A DNA stretch of 64,000 nucleotides from a virus (lineage: Duplodnaviria; Caudoviricetes): positions 17,936-81,935 of the IMG/VR virus record IMGVR_UViG_3300032312_002037; one strand, 5' to 3'. The notes below the pieces were generated by a model, which was not told the origin of the DNA, did no database searches, and saw only the letters and a program-made list of their open reading frames with translations. Shown here in pieces: positions 28,767 to 38,911 of this stretch (its first letter is position 1; every line of letters starts with the position of its first letter). The position numbers and the translations under genes were made by a program.

Positions 28767-28809
28767 TATATATTCTATTTTTTTATTATCAAATAGACAA
28801 TCGTGGATT
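28767..28809 (-). promoter_or_regulatory. Late promoter with upstream box: AATCCAC-N28-AATATATA
   Basis: Third exact copy of the motif with identical spacing. Confidence 0.65.
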
Positions 28810-28908
28810 TTGTTAAAATTTTTAAGGTGGGTAAAAAAAATATATTTAAAATAAAAAAACCGAACAATATGTTCGGTTTTTTAAGAATATGCAAAAAAGT
28901 GATTTTTT

Positions 28909-29385
28909 TTATTTACTATGGGTGTTCAAAAATTCTAATTCTCTCTTAGTCAAAGAGGCCATACCAGTAGCAGAAATCTTATCAAGGATATCATCTACAT
29001 ATAAATCAACACTACCAATTAAGTCTTCGATAAAGACATTACTAACTTCGTTAGTTTTAGCCACTTTTCTTTTAGTTTGAGCTGGAGTTTTTGGAACTTC
29101 TACAGCTTTGATATCTCTAACATCACTATACTCAACATTAAAAGATTGAAAAGAATATACAAACTCACAAACATCAGCAGTAATAGCATATACTAAGTAA
29201 GTCTTTTGGTCTAAATTAACAAACCAGATTTTTTTATACTTCTCGCTTAATTCAGATAAGTAGTCACTGCTAATAGAAAGATAGTCAGCGATAAATACAA
29301 GTCTTGTGTTAGAAAACTTTTTACCATGTTTGTTTCTCAATTCTAAGTGAACTATTTTGTTGATGTCAATATTCATAGCTTTCAT
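28909..29385 (-). CDS. Hypothetical protein with C-terminal DUF6576-like helix
   Basis: Ends VDDILDKISATGMASLTKRELEFL. Start set to the ATG at 29385. Confidence 0.6.
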   Translation of the reverse strand: MKAMNIDINKIVHLELRNKHGKKFSNTRLVFIADYLSISSDYLSELSEKYKKIWFVNLDQKTYLVYAITADVCEFVYSFQSFNVEYSDVRDIKAVEVPKTPAQTKRKVAKTNEVSNVFIEDLIGSVDLYVDDILDKISATGMASLTKRELEFLNTHSK

Positions 29386-29409
29386 TTTATAGTGGTTTAT
29401 TTTGTTATA

Positions 29410-29441
29410 CAAATATAAGAATAATTTAGTTAACTTACAAA
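29410..29441 (-). promoter_or_regulatory. Bacteroidota-type housekeeping promoter TTTG-N20-TATATTTG
   Basis: Matches the -33 TTTG / -7 TAnnTTTG consensus. A second TATCTTTG lies at 29490-29497. Confidence 0.65.
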
Positions 29442-29571
29442 TTTTATTTATTTTATTTGTTTTTGTTCTATCTAAACTCTTATCTTATACAAAGATAAGG
29501 ATAATTATTCATTTTAAGTATTTTTCAGTAAAAGTTTTTTAATATATAAGTTCAAAAAATTACATAAATTT

Positions 29572-32283
29572 ATGAAGTATCTTAGTAATAGAGATGAATT
29601 CCTTAAAAGAAGTATAATCAAAATAGATGAATACAGAACAACAGAAGATGACTCTTCAATAAATGAAGAGGCTGACTCAGGTCCATTTGCAAATGATATA
29701 CCTTGGAATGACTCATTACTTGGTAGATTAATCAATTCTACTATTAGAAAAGCTAAAGTAGGTGCAAACTTGGTTAGAATTAAACAAGTTGCTAAAAGAT
29801 TAAATGGTGCTTTTGAAGACTTATTAGCAAGATCTGCTGAAGGAAAACTTACAAAAGAAGAACTAGCTCAAAAGAATAAGATAACTATTTACAAATTTTT
29901 AGAAGCTTTACAAAAGTCTGTTGAATCTGGTGAAAAAGTGTATCTTATTAAGAATCTAACGGACTTAGCTATCAGAGACTTTAAACAATTTATTGAGGTC
30001 ACACCAGCTGATGAACTTGCTGTTGATAAAACTGATTTAGAAAAATTGGTTAAACAATTGGAAGATTTTAGAAAATTCTTAGATGATTTCAATGATGATG
30101 AAGGTGTTGACTATGAAGAGGAAGAAGAGATAAAAAGTGAGGTAGATGATAGTCCAGGTGAAGATGATGAACCATCTAAAGAAGAGGAAGATGCTGAAAA
30201 GGTTCGTGAACTATTTTATACAACGACAATTACACTATTAAAATCAATAATGTCTTTATCTGGAATAATAAATGATAAAAAAATTACAATTAAGGATAAT
30301 AATACACCACCCCCACCAGCAGTACCAGCAAAAGTTGAAGCAGGTGAAAAAACTGAAGTAAACAAAGTAAAGGATAAAGCTGTAGTAACAACTGAAAGAT
30401 TTTTTTACGAGAATGAGTCACTTCCAATATTTGAAACTGAATTAAATTCAACAACAGATATAAAAGCTATAAACGCTTGGACCAAAGTTGAAAAGGCATA
30501 TAAAACAACATCAGGACTTGTTAAAATGATGCCAAGAATACAAGAACTTGTTAAAAAATCTGAAGAAGGTGAAAAAGTTGAAAAAGGTTGGATAATCTCA
30601 ATAGGTGAACAAGTTATTAAGAATGAAATAACTATTGGTAAAAATTTAATTCCGCTTGACAAATTAATCAAAGAGGAAGTAGAACCAGTACCTTCATCAT
30701 ATAGTGATATACCAAAAGCCATATCACTATATGGTAATGTTATTCTAGCATTTAGAGATGATATGACTATTGCTGCTAAATTAGCAGAAGCCAATCAATC
30801 TATTAAAGACTTTATAACATCTTATGATAAGTTGAAAGAACTTCTACCTAAATTAAAAGCTAAAAAGGTTGAAAAAACCGTTAAACCAGAAGGTTCGAAA
30901 ATTAAATCAGAAGATGATAGTAAACTTAAAAAAGAGTCTAGACTATTTAGATACTATGACTTTATAAATGAAGCCGAAGAAGGTCAATCAGTTGAAGATG
31001 TTCAAAGAGAAGAAACAGTAACAACAGATAAAGGAGAAGAAGTTTCAGATCCTGTTAAGAAAAATGCTGCTCAAGAAATAAAAGATTATTGGGAAAAAAA
31101 CATAAATATTAAAGGTTATGTAATGACAAGAACTGAAGTAGAAAGAACTCAAATAGCTCTTGAAAAAGCAAGTAAAAATAATATTGTTATTCAAGGCTTA
31201 GATCCTATAATTGAGATTGTTAAAGTATTTAACAGAGCTTATAAGTTACATACTACTCAAGTTATTCCAACTGGAAGAAGTGGTGGTAAAGTATCTAATA
31301 AAACATTTAGAGAATACACATGTTTTGGTAATGGCTCTCCAAATAATGCAGGTGCTGAAGGTGGACCATATAGAAATAATGCTATTTTTGATCAATGGGA
31401 AAATGCTGTTCAAGAAATTAAAAAGCAAACTAGATTTCAAAAAGTATTTAGACAAGAAACTACTCTTAAAACTGAGGAAGGCAACATTATTAAAGATGCT
31501 GGTAGAAATCTTTTAAAATTCATGAATGATATGCTTGATGGTGATACTCTTTATAAAACAAGAGATAGTAAAGGAAAACAAGCTGAATTTATTGAAAAAT
31601 ACTTTGGCGCAGCAGATGCTGAGAAACTACCTCTTTACCTAAGTGAAAAAGATAAAGAAGAAGTACCTAATACTGCAAATAGTATGCCTAAGGCTAAAAC
31701 TCTTTCTTTCAAAAAAGAATCTTTAAAATTTGAAAACTTTAGTGAGCTATCACAAACATTCTTTTCTATACAAAGTAAAGGAGAAAAATTCTTTTTCTAC
31801 ATACAAGAAGTAGATAGTGAGTACGCTTATGTTACTTATTGTAGAAGTTGGTATTTCTTCAAAAGTTATATTTCTAAATCAGGCATCTCATTAACCGGTA
31901 GCGTACCTGTTACTGACGCCGAGAAAACTGAGAATAAACAATACATTATTAAGGCAACTCGTATTAAATTAGCAGAACTTATTGGTAATGATGGTCAAAT
32001 TAAGCTAGAAGGTGATTATAAAGTTAAATATCTAACAAAATATAGGGAAGATAAAAATAAATCAAGTGCAACTCCTTCTTTATCAGGGGACGATAAAGAT
32101 GATAATTTTATTATTGGTTCTGAGAAATCAACTTTATGTGAGGTTGGTAAAGATGAAAATGGAAAAGACTTTACTAAGAGATTTAAATTGTCAAATAGAA
32201 ATATAGGCGAAGTTATAAGAACTGTTGGTGGTTTTCCTACTGTAAGAGTAGATGATATCAACAAAACATATTTTAAAAAATAA
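29572..32283 (+). CDS. Large 903-aa late protein with MKYLSNRDEF leader (putative internal head protein)
   Basis: Late box upstream; acidic and Pro-rich linkers; internal LFRYYDFINE motif. Confidence 0.65.
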   Translation: MKYLSNRDEFLKRSIIKIDEYRTTEDDSSINEEADSGPFANDIPWNDSLLGRLINSTIRKAKVGANLVRIKQVAKRLNGAFEDLLARSAEGKLTKEELAQKNKITIYKFLEALQKSVESGEKVYLIKNLTDLAIRDFKQFIEVTPADELAVDKTDLEKLVKQLEDFRKFLDDFNDDEGVDYEEEEEIKSEVDDSPGEDDEPSKEEEDAEKVRELFYTTTITLLKSIMSLSGIINDKKITIKDNNTPPPPAVPAKVEAGEKTEVNKVKDKAVVTTERFFYENESLPIFETELNSTTDIKAINAWTKVEKAYKTTSGLVKMMPRIQELVKKSEEGEKVEKGWIISIGEQVIKNEITIGKNLIPLDKLIKEEVEPVPSSYSDIPKAISLYGNVILAFRDDMTIAAKLAEANQSIKDFITSYDKLKELLPKLKAKKVEKTVKPEGSKIKSEDDSKLKKESRLFRYYDFINEAEEGQSVEDVQREETVTTDKGEEVSDPVKKNAAQEIKDYWEKNINIKGYVMTRTEVERTQIALEKASKNNIVIQGLDPIIEIVKVFNRAYKLHTTQVIPTGRSGGKVSNKTFREYTCFGNGSPNNAGAEGGPYRNNAIFDQWENAVQEIKKQTRFQKVFRQETTLKTEEGNIIKDAGRNLLKFMNDMLDGDTLYKTRDSKGKQAEFIEKYFGAADAEKLPLYLSEKDKEEVPNTANSMPKAKTLSFKKESLKFENFSELSQTFFSIQSKGEKFFFYIQEVDSEYAYVTYCRSWYFFKSYISKSGISLTGSVPVTDAEKTENKQYIIKATRIKLAELIGNDGQIKLEGDYKVKYLTKYREDKNKSSATPSLSGDDKDDNFIIGSEKSTLCEVGKDENGKDFTKRFKLSNRNIGEVIRTVGGFPTVRVDDINKTYFKK

Positions 32284-32843
32284 TGAAAAATCTTAAAACA
32301 TATAAACTTTTTGTAGAAGAGTCTGAATTTGATTTGAATGTAACAGATGAGCCCGATATTAAAATGGCTAAAGATGAGTTATCAGTAACTCAAAAACAAC
32401 TATCTGATTATAAAACAAAGAAGAATTTAATAGATACGGCTTTTCTTAAAATAAAAGTAGATGCTGACTTACAAACAAAAGTAGATGAGATTGTCGGCAA
32501 AGCCGATCTAAAAACACCTAAAAATCCATTTTTAGTTAGCTATTTACATGTGGCTAAATTGAAAAGAAGACTAGACAAACTTCAAACCGATATTGCTAAT
32601 GACAAAGTTAAAAAAGATGATTTTACTGAAGAATTAAAACTATCTACGGATGATATAACAAAAAAGTCTGTTGTTACAAAAATAACTGATATCACTAACA
32701 GAATATCAACAAATACGACAAATATAGCATCATTAGTTAAAGATATAGCTGATGCGCAAAAGTCATTAGACGATAAAATGAAAAGTATAGAAAAAAATAT
32801 GATGGATAATATTAAAAAGTTGTCAAATCAAACATCAAAATAG
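32283..32843 (+). CDS. Coiled-coil protein with MKNLKTYKLFVEE leader
   Basis: TAATG coupling to the upstream gene; heptad pattern. Confidence 0.65.
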   Translation: MKNLKTYKLFVEESEFDLNVTDEPDIKMAKDELSVTQKQLSDYKTKKNLIDTAFLKIKVDADLQTKVDEIVGKADLKTPKNPFLVSYLHVAKLKRRLDKLQTDIANDKVKKDDFTEELKLSTDDITKKSVVTKITDITNRISTNTTNIASLVKDIADAQKSLDDKMKSIEKNMMDNIKKLSNQTSK

Positions 32844-32904
32844 AAAAAATATCATTTTTTACATTTTATATATACTCTATAACATAAAAAAAAATATTAA
32901 AAAT

Positions 32905-35900
32905 ATGGCAATTCAAATTGGAAAATACAAAAGACCAGGAATCTTCATAGAAGAATTTGATAATTCAATTATTACAACTCCTGTGGTTGAGGGTATTACT
33001 AATATGGTTATTGGCGTTTCTAAAAAAGGACCAGTAAACACACCTATTAGACTTACAACTCTTAACGACTTAGAGTCGATATTTGGTCAACTTGACAGAG
33101 GCTTGGAAAGAAAAGGTTCGTTTTTCCACAGAACTATCCAAAAAATGTTGGAATCAACTCCAGTATTCGCTATCAACTTATTAAGCACAGATGATACACT
33201 TGATACTATTGAGTATAAATCATTATCAGCATCTGCGGGTTATAATAATGATATACAAAGATTAGGAGCTTATAGAAGATTTTTTGATACAACAGGTTTC
33301 TGGAAAAGAGATACTGAATCTTTCATTAACTTAACTAAAGGTAATACTGGTTATACTGAAAGAGCATTCAATATCACAAATCTTTCCGATAAGTTCATCA
33401 CTGTATTTATCATTAAGAGTGCTAGAACTGGTTTTGACAGAACTTTAATCGAATGGTATGGTTCTCAAGAAAAACTTCCACCATATGTTAGTGCTAATGA
33501 TTACGCATCTGACTACATGGTTGATGTTGTAGTTGTAGGAGGTGATTGGACTGACTATCAAACTTTAGCTGTTGATAGTAGATGGAGTGCCTACTTTAAT
33601 ACATCTGGTCTTATCAAAGGACAGATTAGAAACTTTGCTAATGACAGAAATGTTACTTCATTAGCTTATTATGAAGGATTATCTTTGATTCCATATTTTA
33701 GAGATGCCAACGGTACTAATATTTTTATTGAAACAACAATTAACAGAGATACAGACAGAACAGGTTTATTTTGCTCATTCAACGCAGATTTAGTTGAAAC
33801 AGATTACTATAATGGTTTATTAGACTTAGTAGGTCAAACAACTGCTGGTGTTTTAGAAACAGAAATTGATTTTTTATCATATAAAGAAAAAATATCTGAA
33901 TCAGTTGAGATAGTATCAACTCCTCTTGACTTACCAGGTAACGTTACCGCTTTATTAGGCGGTACTTGGTCAGGAAATGGTTATATAAACCAACCAAATC
34001 ACGCATTTGGTTCAGTTCCAACTGAAACAGGTGTTATTACCAATGGTGATAATAGAACTGCTTGGTTTGCTGAAGGCTCTACTTATGATGTTACTATAGG
34101 TTCTATAGTTTCTACAATATCTGATATAACAGTTACTTATTTAGCACCTGATGGCTTTGCAGTTATAGGTGATGAATATATTCCGGTTTCTGGTACTTTC
34201 TCTCTAGCACTTAATGCAAGTGATTACACAGCAACATACGGAACATTATCATATGTTTCTGCATTTGTGTTGGATAACACAGGTACAATTAGTACTCGTT
34301 CTAACACAACTGGTTCACCTGCATCTGTAAATACAACAAATCCTTCAGTATCAACATCTGATATAGTTTTAGGATATGTTAATTTTCAAATATTTAACGG
34401 TGATATCGCAACTAGTTCAGTTGCACTTACTCCGGTTAATGTGAATGGTAGTGGATTTGTTGATTATCAACACGGATCAACAGCGGACTATAGTATTACA
34501 TTAGAAGGATCGGGTTCTATTAAAGTAGAATTCTTAGATACTAATACTGTAGCTTCTGTTAAAAATTATGAACAATATAGAAAAATTAAATTATTCAACA
34601 AACTTGTTGATTTAATTGACGGTGCTAACAAAGATAAAATGACACTATGTCTTGGTCCGGTAAATAACTTTGATAAAGTTAGTTTATCAGGAATGACAAT
34701 TACAAATATTGTTACTTCAACTACTTCTAATAAGTCATTTATCTTAAATACTGGCTTGTCTAATGCTAAATTGGTTGATATACTACATGGTTACTTTGTA
34801 ATTTATACAGTAGATAATGAAACAATCTTAGGTCAAGATTCAATTACTTCTAAGTCGGAAGTTTCAACACCATCAGATGGTGTTGTAGGTAAGTATTCTA
34901 AATTCTACACAAGATATTATGATGGTCTTATAAATACAGGTGACTACTTCTATACTAATAGAATGCCTCAATCAATGGTAGTATCTGGTGATACTTATAC
35001 AGTCATCTTCATCGATGGTGAGACTGTAAGTGCTACATATTCCGGTAAAAACTATGTTATCTTTGATGGTGTTGCTGATCCAACATTTGATGTTTATGAG
35101 CAATTTATTGTTCCTACAACACCAACTCAGACTGTAAGTCTCAATACTGGATCATTTACAATATTTTCAAACCTAAATCCTTCTACATTAGCAACCGCCT
35201 TAGGTTACTCTGGTTCATTTGCTTATGAAGTTACAGAAGAAGTGGCTTATGAAGAAGTAATGCTTGTTTCTAACATATATGATTATATTAATAAGAAATA
35301 TATTAAAATGTATTTAGATAGTGACAATATTCTTTATACTACATTCTGGGATGATTTATCATTTACTGGAAATACTAATCTTGATGTAATTACAAACAAC
35401 ACATTCTACATTCAGTCAGAAAAATCAAATTTCACACAAACTGTTGAAATTGAAGTTCCTAATGGATACGTTCAAATTCCTAACAAGATTCTTGTTAAAG
35501 CCGATAGATATACTGAAGTAAGAGTTGGTGACTTCTTATTAGCTTACTATGATGTAAATTTACTTCAAGTTGGTGAATCACCAAGAAAACTTACAAGAAT
35601 TCTTTCTAAGAAAGCTTATAGTGGTGACTCAACATTATCAGAAATCACTTGTGATTCTAGAATTTTAACTAGCAACACAGGTTCAGCATTACAAACAACT
35701 AGATATTCTTCTATTGATAACTACGCAACTACTTACAAAGGTATTGCTATGAAAGGATTTAGAGTTAGATTAGCTTCTTTACCTGATGGTACAGAATCTA
35801 GACAAAATTCAATATTAAATATTGCTGCTAAAGGCACTCCTTTATTTAAGGCAATAACTAATAAAGAGGCAATTGACTTCAGATATTTAATTGACTCGTT

Positions 35901-36780
35901 TGGTCTTGGTTTAACTGAGAGATCTAAACAACAATTAGTAGATATCTGTGGTGAAAGACTAGACGCTCTTGGAATTATCAACATGCCTTCTATGAAATCA
36001 TTTAAGAACTCATCTTCTCCATCATTCGTAAATAATGAAGGTGTTTTACAACTTGAGTTTGTTGCTAAAGGCGGCAATCCAGAAAGCTCTCCAGCATTTC
36101 TTTACTCATTTGGTGATGGATTAGGATCTACTTCAGTAGGTTACTTCATGCCTTATATAACAGTAAATGACAATGGCAGACCAGTAGATGTTCCACCAGC
36201 AGCTTGGGTTGCTACAACTTATATGAGAAAACATATCTCTAATATAAGTGGAATAACTCCTTGGACAATTGCAGCAGGTGTTACTAATGGTAGAATTACT
36301 AATATTACAGCAACTGAAATGGACTTCACATCAACCGATATTGAGTTTATTAACGAAGCTCAAATGAATCCAATCGTGTTCAAAAGAAATAGAGGAAATG
36401 TAATTGAAACTGAAAATACAGCTCAAACACTTTACTCATCAGCTCTTTCTTACTTACATGTTAGAGAAGTTCTTATCGAACTTGAAAGAGAATTATCAAG
36501 AATGTTATTAGACTTCCAATGGAAATTTAATACACCTGATATTAGAGCAGAAATTAAACTTAGAGCAGACGTTATCTGCGAAACTTATGTAAGTAAGAAT
36601 GGTTTATTTAACTACTTTAACAAGATGGATGAAGAAAACAACACAAATGAAATCATCGATAATCAAATTGGTGTACTTGACACTTATGTTGAACCAATCA
36701 AGGGTATGGGTATTATTGTCAACAATATTACTATCTTGAGAACAGGTGCTATCTCTGCGGGTGGATTCATCAACGGATAA
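32905..36780 (+). CDS. gp18: Tail sheath protein, gp18-like, with large internal insertion
   Basis: RPGIFIEEFD, KKGPVNTP, HVREVLIELE and LDTYVEPIKGMGII. Confidence 0.9.
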   Translation: MAIQIGKYKRPGIFIEEFDNSIITTPVVEGITNMVIGVSKKGPVNTPIRLTTLNDLESIFGQLDRGLERKGSFFHRTIQKMLESTPVFAINLLSTDDTLDTIEYKSLSASAGYNNDIQRLGAYRRFFDTTGFWKRDTESFINLTKGNTGYTERAFNITNLSDKFITVFIIKSARTGFDRTLIEWYGSQEKLPPYVSANDYASDYMVDVVVVGGDWTDYQTLAVDSRWSAYFNTSGLIKGQIRNFANDRNVTSLAYYEGLSLIPYFRDANGTNIFIETTINRDTDRTGLFCSFNADLVETDYYNGLLDLVGQTTAGVLETEIDFLSYKEKISESVEIVSTPLDLPGNVTALLGGTWSGNGYINQPNHAFGSVPTETGVITNGDNRTAWFAEGSTYDVTIGSIVSTISDITVTYLAPDGFAVIGDEYIPVSGTFSLALNASDYTATYGTLSYVSAFVLDNTGTISTRSNTTGSPASVNTTNPSVSTSDIVLGYVNFQIFNGDIATSSVALTPVNVNGSGFVDYQHGSTADYSITLEGSGSIKVEFLDTNTVASVKNYEQYRKIKLFNKLVDLIDGANKDKMTLCLGPVNNFDKVSLSGMTITNIVTSTTSNKSFILNTGLSNAKLVDILHGYFVIYTVDNETILGQDSITSKSEVSTPSDGVVGKYSKFYTRYYDGLINTGDYFYTNRMPQSMVVSGDTYTVIFIDGETVSATYSGKNYVIFDGVADPTFDVYEQFIVPTTPTQTVSLNTGSFTIFSNLNPSTLATALGYSGSFAYEVTEEVAYEEVMLVSNIYDYINKKYIKMYLDSDNILYTTFWDDLSFTGNTNLDVITNNTFYIQSEKSNFTQTVEIEVPNGYVQIPNKILVKADRYTEVRVGDFLLAYYDVNLLQVGESPRKLTRILSKKAYSGDSTLSEITCDSRILTSNTGSALQTTRYSSIDNYATTYKGIAMKGFRVRLASLPDGTESRQNSILNIAAKGTPLFKAITNKEAIDFRYLIDSFGLGLTERSKQQLVDICGERLDALGIINMPSMKSFKNSSSPSFVNNEGVLQLEFVAKGGNPESSPAFLYSFGDGLGSTSVGYFMPYITVNDNGRPVDVPPAAWVATTYMRKHISNISGITPWTIAAGVTNGRITNITATEMDFTSTDIEFINEAQMNPIVFKRNRGNVIETENTAQTLYSSALSYLHVREVLIELERELSRMLLDFQWKFNTPDIRAEIKLRADVICETYVSKNGLFNYFNKMDEENNTNEIIDNQIGVLDTYVEPIKGMGIIVNNITILRTGAISAGGFING

Positions 36781-36800
36781 TAATTAATAAATTTTATAAT

Positions 36801-36836
36801 AAAAAGAGGAAAGTGAAAACTTTCCTCTTTTTTTTT
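36801..36836 (+). terminator. Terminator after the sheath gene
   Basis: AAAAAGAGGAAAG-TGAAAA-CTTTCCTCTTTTTTTTT. Confidence 0.85.
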
Positions 36837-36906
36837 GTTATAACAATAAGGTATTTTATAGGGATAACATTTCCATGAATATATAAATAAAAAATAACAA
36901 CATTAT

Positions 36907-37845
36907 ATGTCTGAACAAAATAATATGAGCGAAGAAGATTACTTAAAGAAACATTTAGGTCAATTAGAAAATTCAAAATCTCCGGTAAATTCCGATATTC
37001 CATTTGTAGAACAACCAAAAAATGACAGTTCAAGAACTACAGATCTTCAATTCTTTAACTTTGATATTAAAGAATTACCTTGTGGTGATTTTTATCCAGC
37101 AGGTACTATCTTTATGGTAAGACCAGCTCAAGTAAAAGAAATTCAAGCATATTCAATGGTAGATGATAATAACTTCTATGATATTGTTGAAAAAATGAAT
37201 GATATCTTACAAGCTTGTGTTAGAATCAAATACTCTGATGGCAAAATGGGTTCTTACCTTGAGATAAAAGACCAGGATAGATTATTTTTAATATTCTTAG
37301 TCAGAGAATTAACGTTTCAACAGGGTAACTCATTAACCGTTCCAACAAGATGTGGCTGTGGCACTGATTTACAAATAGAATTAAAAAGAAATAACTTCTC
37401 ATTTCATGAAATCGATGAAAAACTTGATAGATACTTTAGTAATTCTACAAAATCTTATCACTTCACAACAGTAAATGGTAAAGAGTTTGAATTAACTCCA
37501 CCAAATATAGGATTACAAAAAGCATTTACTGATTATATCTTAAAAGAAAATAACGAGAAGAGAACTCCAAATTTATCTTTCTTGAAAATTATTCCTTTTA
37601 TGTTATCAGGTAGACACTCAATAACTTATGAAGGTGTTAAAGTTAAATTAAAAGAATTTGAAGAAATAGATGATATTTCTTTTCAATTCTTAAATGCAGC
37701 AGTTAGTAAAATGACATTTGGTATCAAAGAATTGAAGAAAACCTGTTCGTGTGGTGAGGAGGTCCACACTGATATGCAATTTCCCAACGGAGCGTCAGGT
37801 ATTTTCGTTATTCACGATGCCTTTGAAGCATATATTAAAGAATAA
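36907..37845 (+). CDS. Baseplate hub assembly protein, gp26/gp51-like
   Basis: ELPCG.FY, VRPAQVKE, QDRLFLIFLVREL, and CGC/CSC pairs. Confidence 0.65.
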   Translation: MSEQNNMSEEDYLKKHLGQLENSKSPVNSDIPFVEQPKNDSSRTTDLQFFNFDIKELPCGDFYPAGTIFMVRPAQVKEIQAYSMVDDNNFYDIVEKMNDILQACVRIKYSDGKMGSYLEIKDQDRLFLIFLVRELTFQQGNSLTVPTRCGCGTDLQIELKRNNFSFHEIDEKLDRYFSNSTKSYHFTTVNGKEFELTPPNIGLQKAFTDYILKENNEKRTPNLSFLKIIPFMLSGRHSITYEGVKVKLKEFEEIDDISFQFLNAAVSKMTFGIKELKKTCSCGEEVHTDMQFPNGASGIFVIHDAFEAYIKE

Positions 37846-38068
37846 ACTTCTATTACAAAAACATTTTCACACTCAAGAAGTGGCTATGGATGAATGGCCC
37901 TTCTGGATGTTTGAAGAGAATATAAAAATGGTTAACGAGATTGTTGAAGAGGAAGAAACAAATAGAAAGAAACAAGAAGGTGAACAACAAAAAGGAATGC
38001 CAAACTTTGATGCTAATTCAATGATGAGAAATGCCTCAAATATGACAAATAACTTACCAAAATTCTAA
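37817..38068 (+). CDS. Small tail/baseplate assembly chaperone-like ORF (gp51 C-terminal-like)
   Basis: LLQKHFHTQEVAMDEWPFWMFEENI pattern; overlaps the upstream gene in the +1 frame. Confidence 0.55.
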   Translation: MPLKHILKNKLLLQKHFHTQEVAMDEWPFWMFEENIKMVNEIVEEEETNRKKQEGEQQKGMPNFDANSMMRNASNMTNNLPKF

Positions 38069-38094
38069 AATACTAAATAAAGGCGCAGATTTAT

Positions 38095-38166
38095 AAATTA
38101 AAAACCCACCAATCGGTGGGTTTTTTTATTTAACAAAAAACCCACCGATTGGTGGGTTTTTAATTT
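38095..38166. repeat. Perfect 32-bp inverted repeat (8-nt spacer) made of two mirror-image terminators
   Basis: 38095-38126 is the exact reverse complement of 38135-38166. Confidence 0.9.
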
Positions 38167-38177
38167 TAATATTATTC

Positions 38178-38798
38178 TTAGTATCCAGATATAATCGGAG
38201 GATTGATAGTAAAGTTGTTATCGATATACTCATCAATGAAGTAGTCATAGATAAAGTCAGCTTGAACTGATTCAATAATGTTATTTGAAGCCCAGTCTAA
38301 AGTATAACCTTGTAATTTACTGATTTGACAGTTTTGAAAAGTTACACGTCTTAGTACAACACCCTTTTTATCATGTTGATTAACGATGATGGTACCAATG
38401 ATATCACTCTTATAATGAAGTGAACCATTTTGTGAGTTAAATACTAAATCATACCAAGCCTTCATAGCATTCCAAGTCTCCATAGAACCTTGCTGATTCA
38501 CGTTAACATTGAACTTAATGTTAAATGCACCAGAAGTTTTTGTAGGAGTCGTTAAAAACGCTCTAGTTGAATACTTGAATCTTTGTTCTTTAACTGTAAC
38601 GTCAAATTCTGTTAAGTTAAAATCAATATTCAAAGCATTTTGAAGAAGTAAGATAGGATTTCTACCTTGTGCCTGTAAAATAACAGGTAATACGAATGTT
38701 GTTTCAAACAAATTTGTATATACTACTTCATCAGGTAATGTACCTGGTCCACCCGGTGACCCTGTGTTTAATAGCTGCGTGAAATGTGGTAACGGCAT
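38178..38798 (-). CDS. gp19: Tail tube protein, gp19-like
   Basis: AMKAWYDLV, IIVNQHDKKG, TFQNC, LDWASNN and DFIYDYF. Confidence 0.8.
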   Translation of the reverse strand: MPLPHFTQLLNTGSPGGPGTLPDEVVYTNLFETTFVLPVILQAQGRNPILLLQNALNIDFNLTEFDVTVKEQRFKYSTRAFLTTPTKTSGAFNIKFNVNVNQQGSMETWNAMKAWYDLVFNSQNGSLHYKSDIIGTIIVNQHDKKGVVLRRVTFQNCQISKLQGYTLDWASNNIIESVQADFIYDYFIDEYIDNNFTINPPIISGY

Positions 38799-38911
38799 AT
38801 TTTTTTAAATTATTTTTTTATAAATTATATATTTTAGTTCTTTGTCTCTTTAGCTCTATTTTTAAAATTATGTTGTAAAAAATGCCATTTCCACCATTTA
38901 ATAAATAGTAT

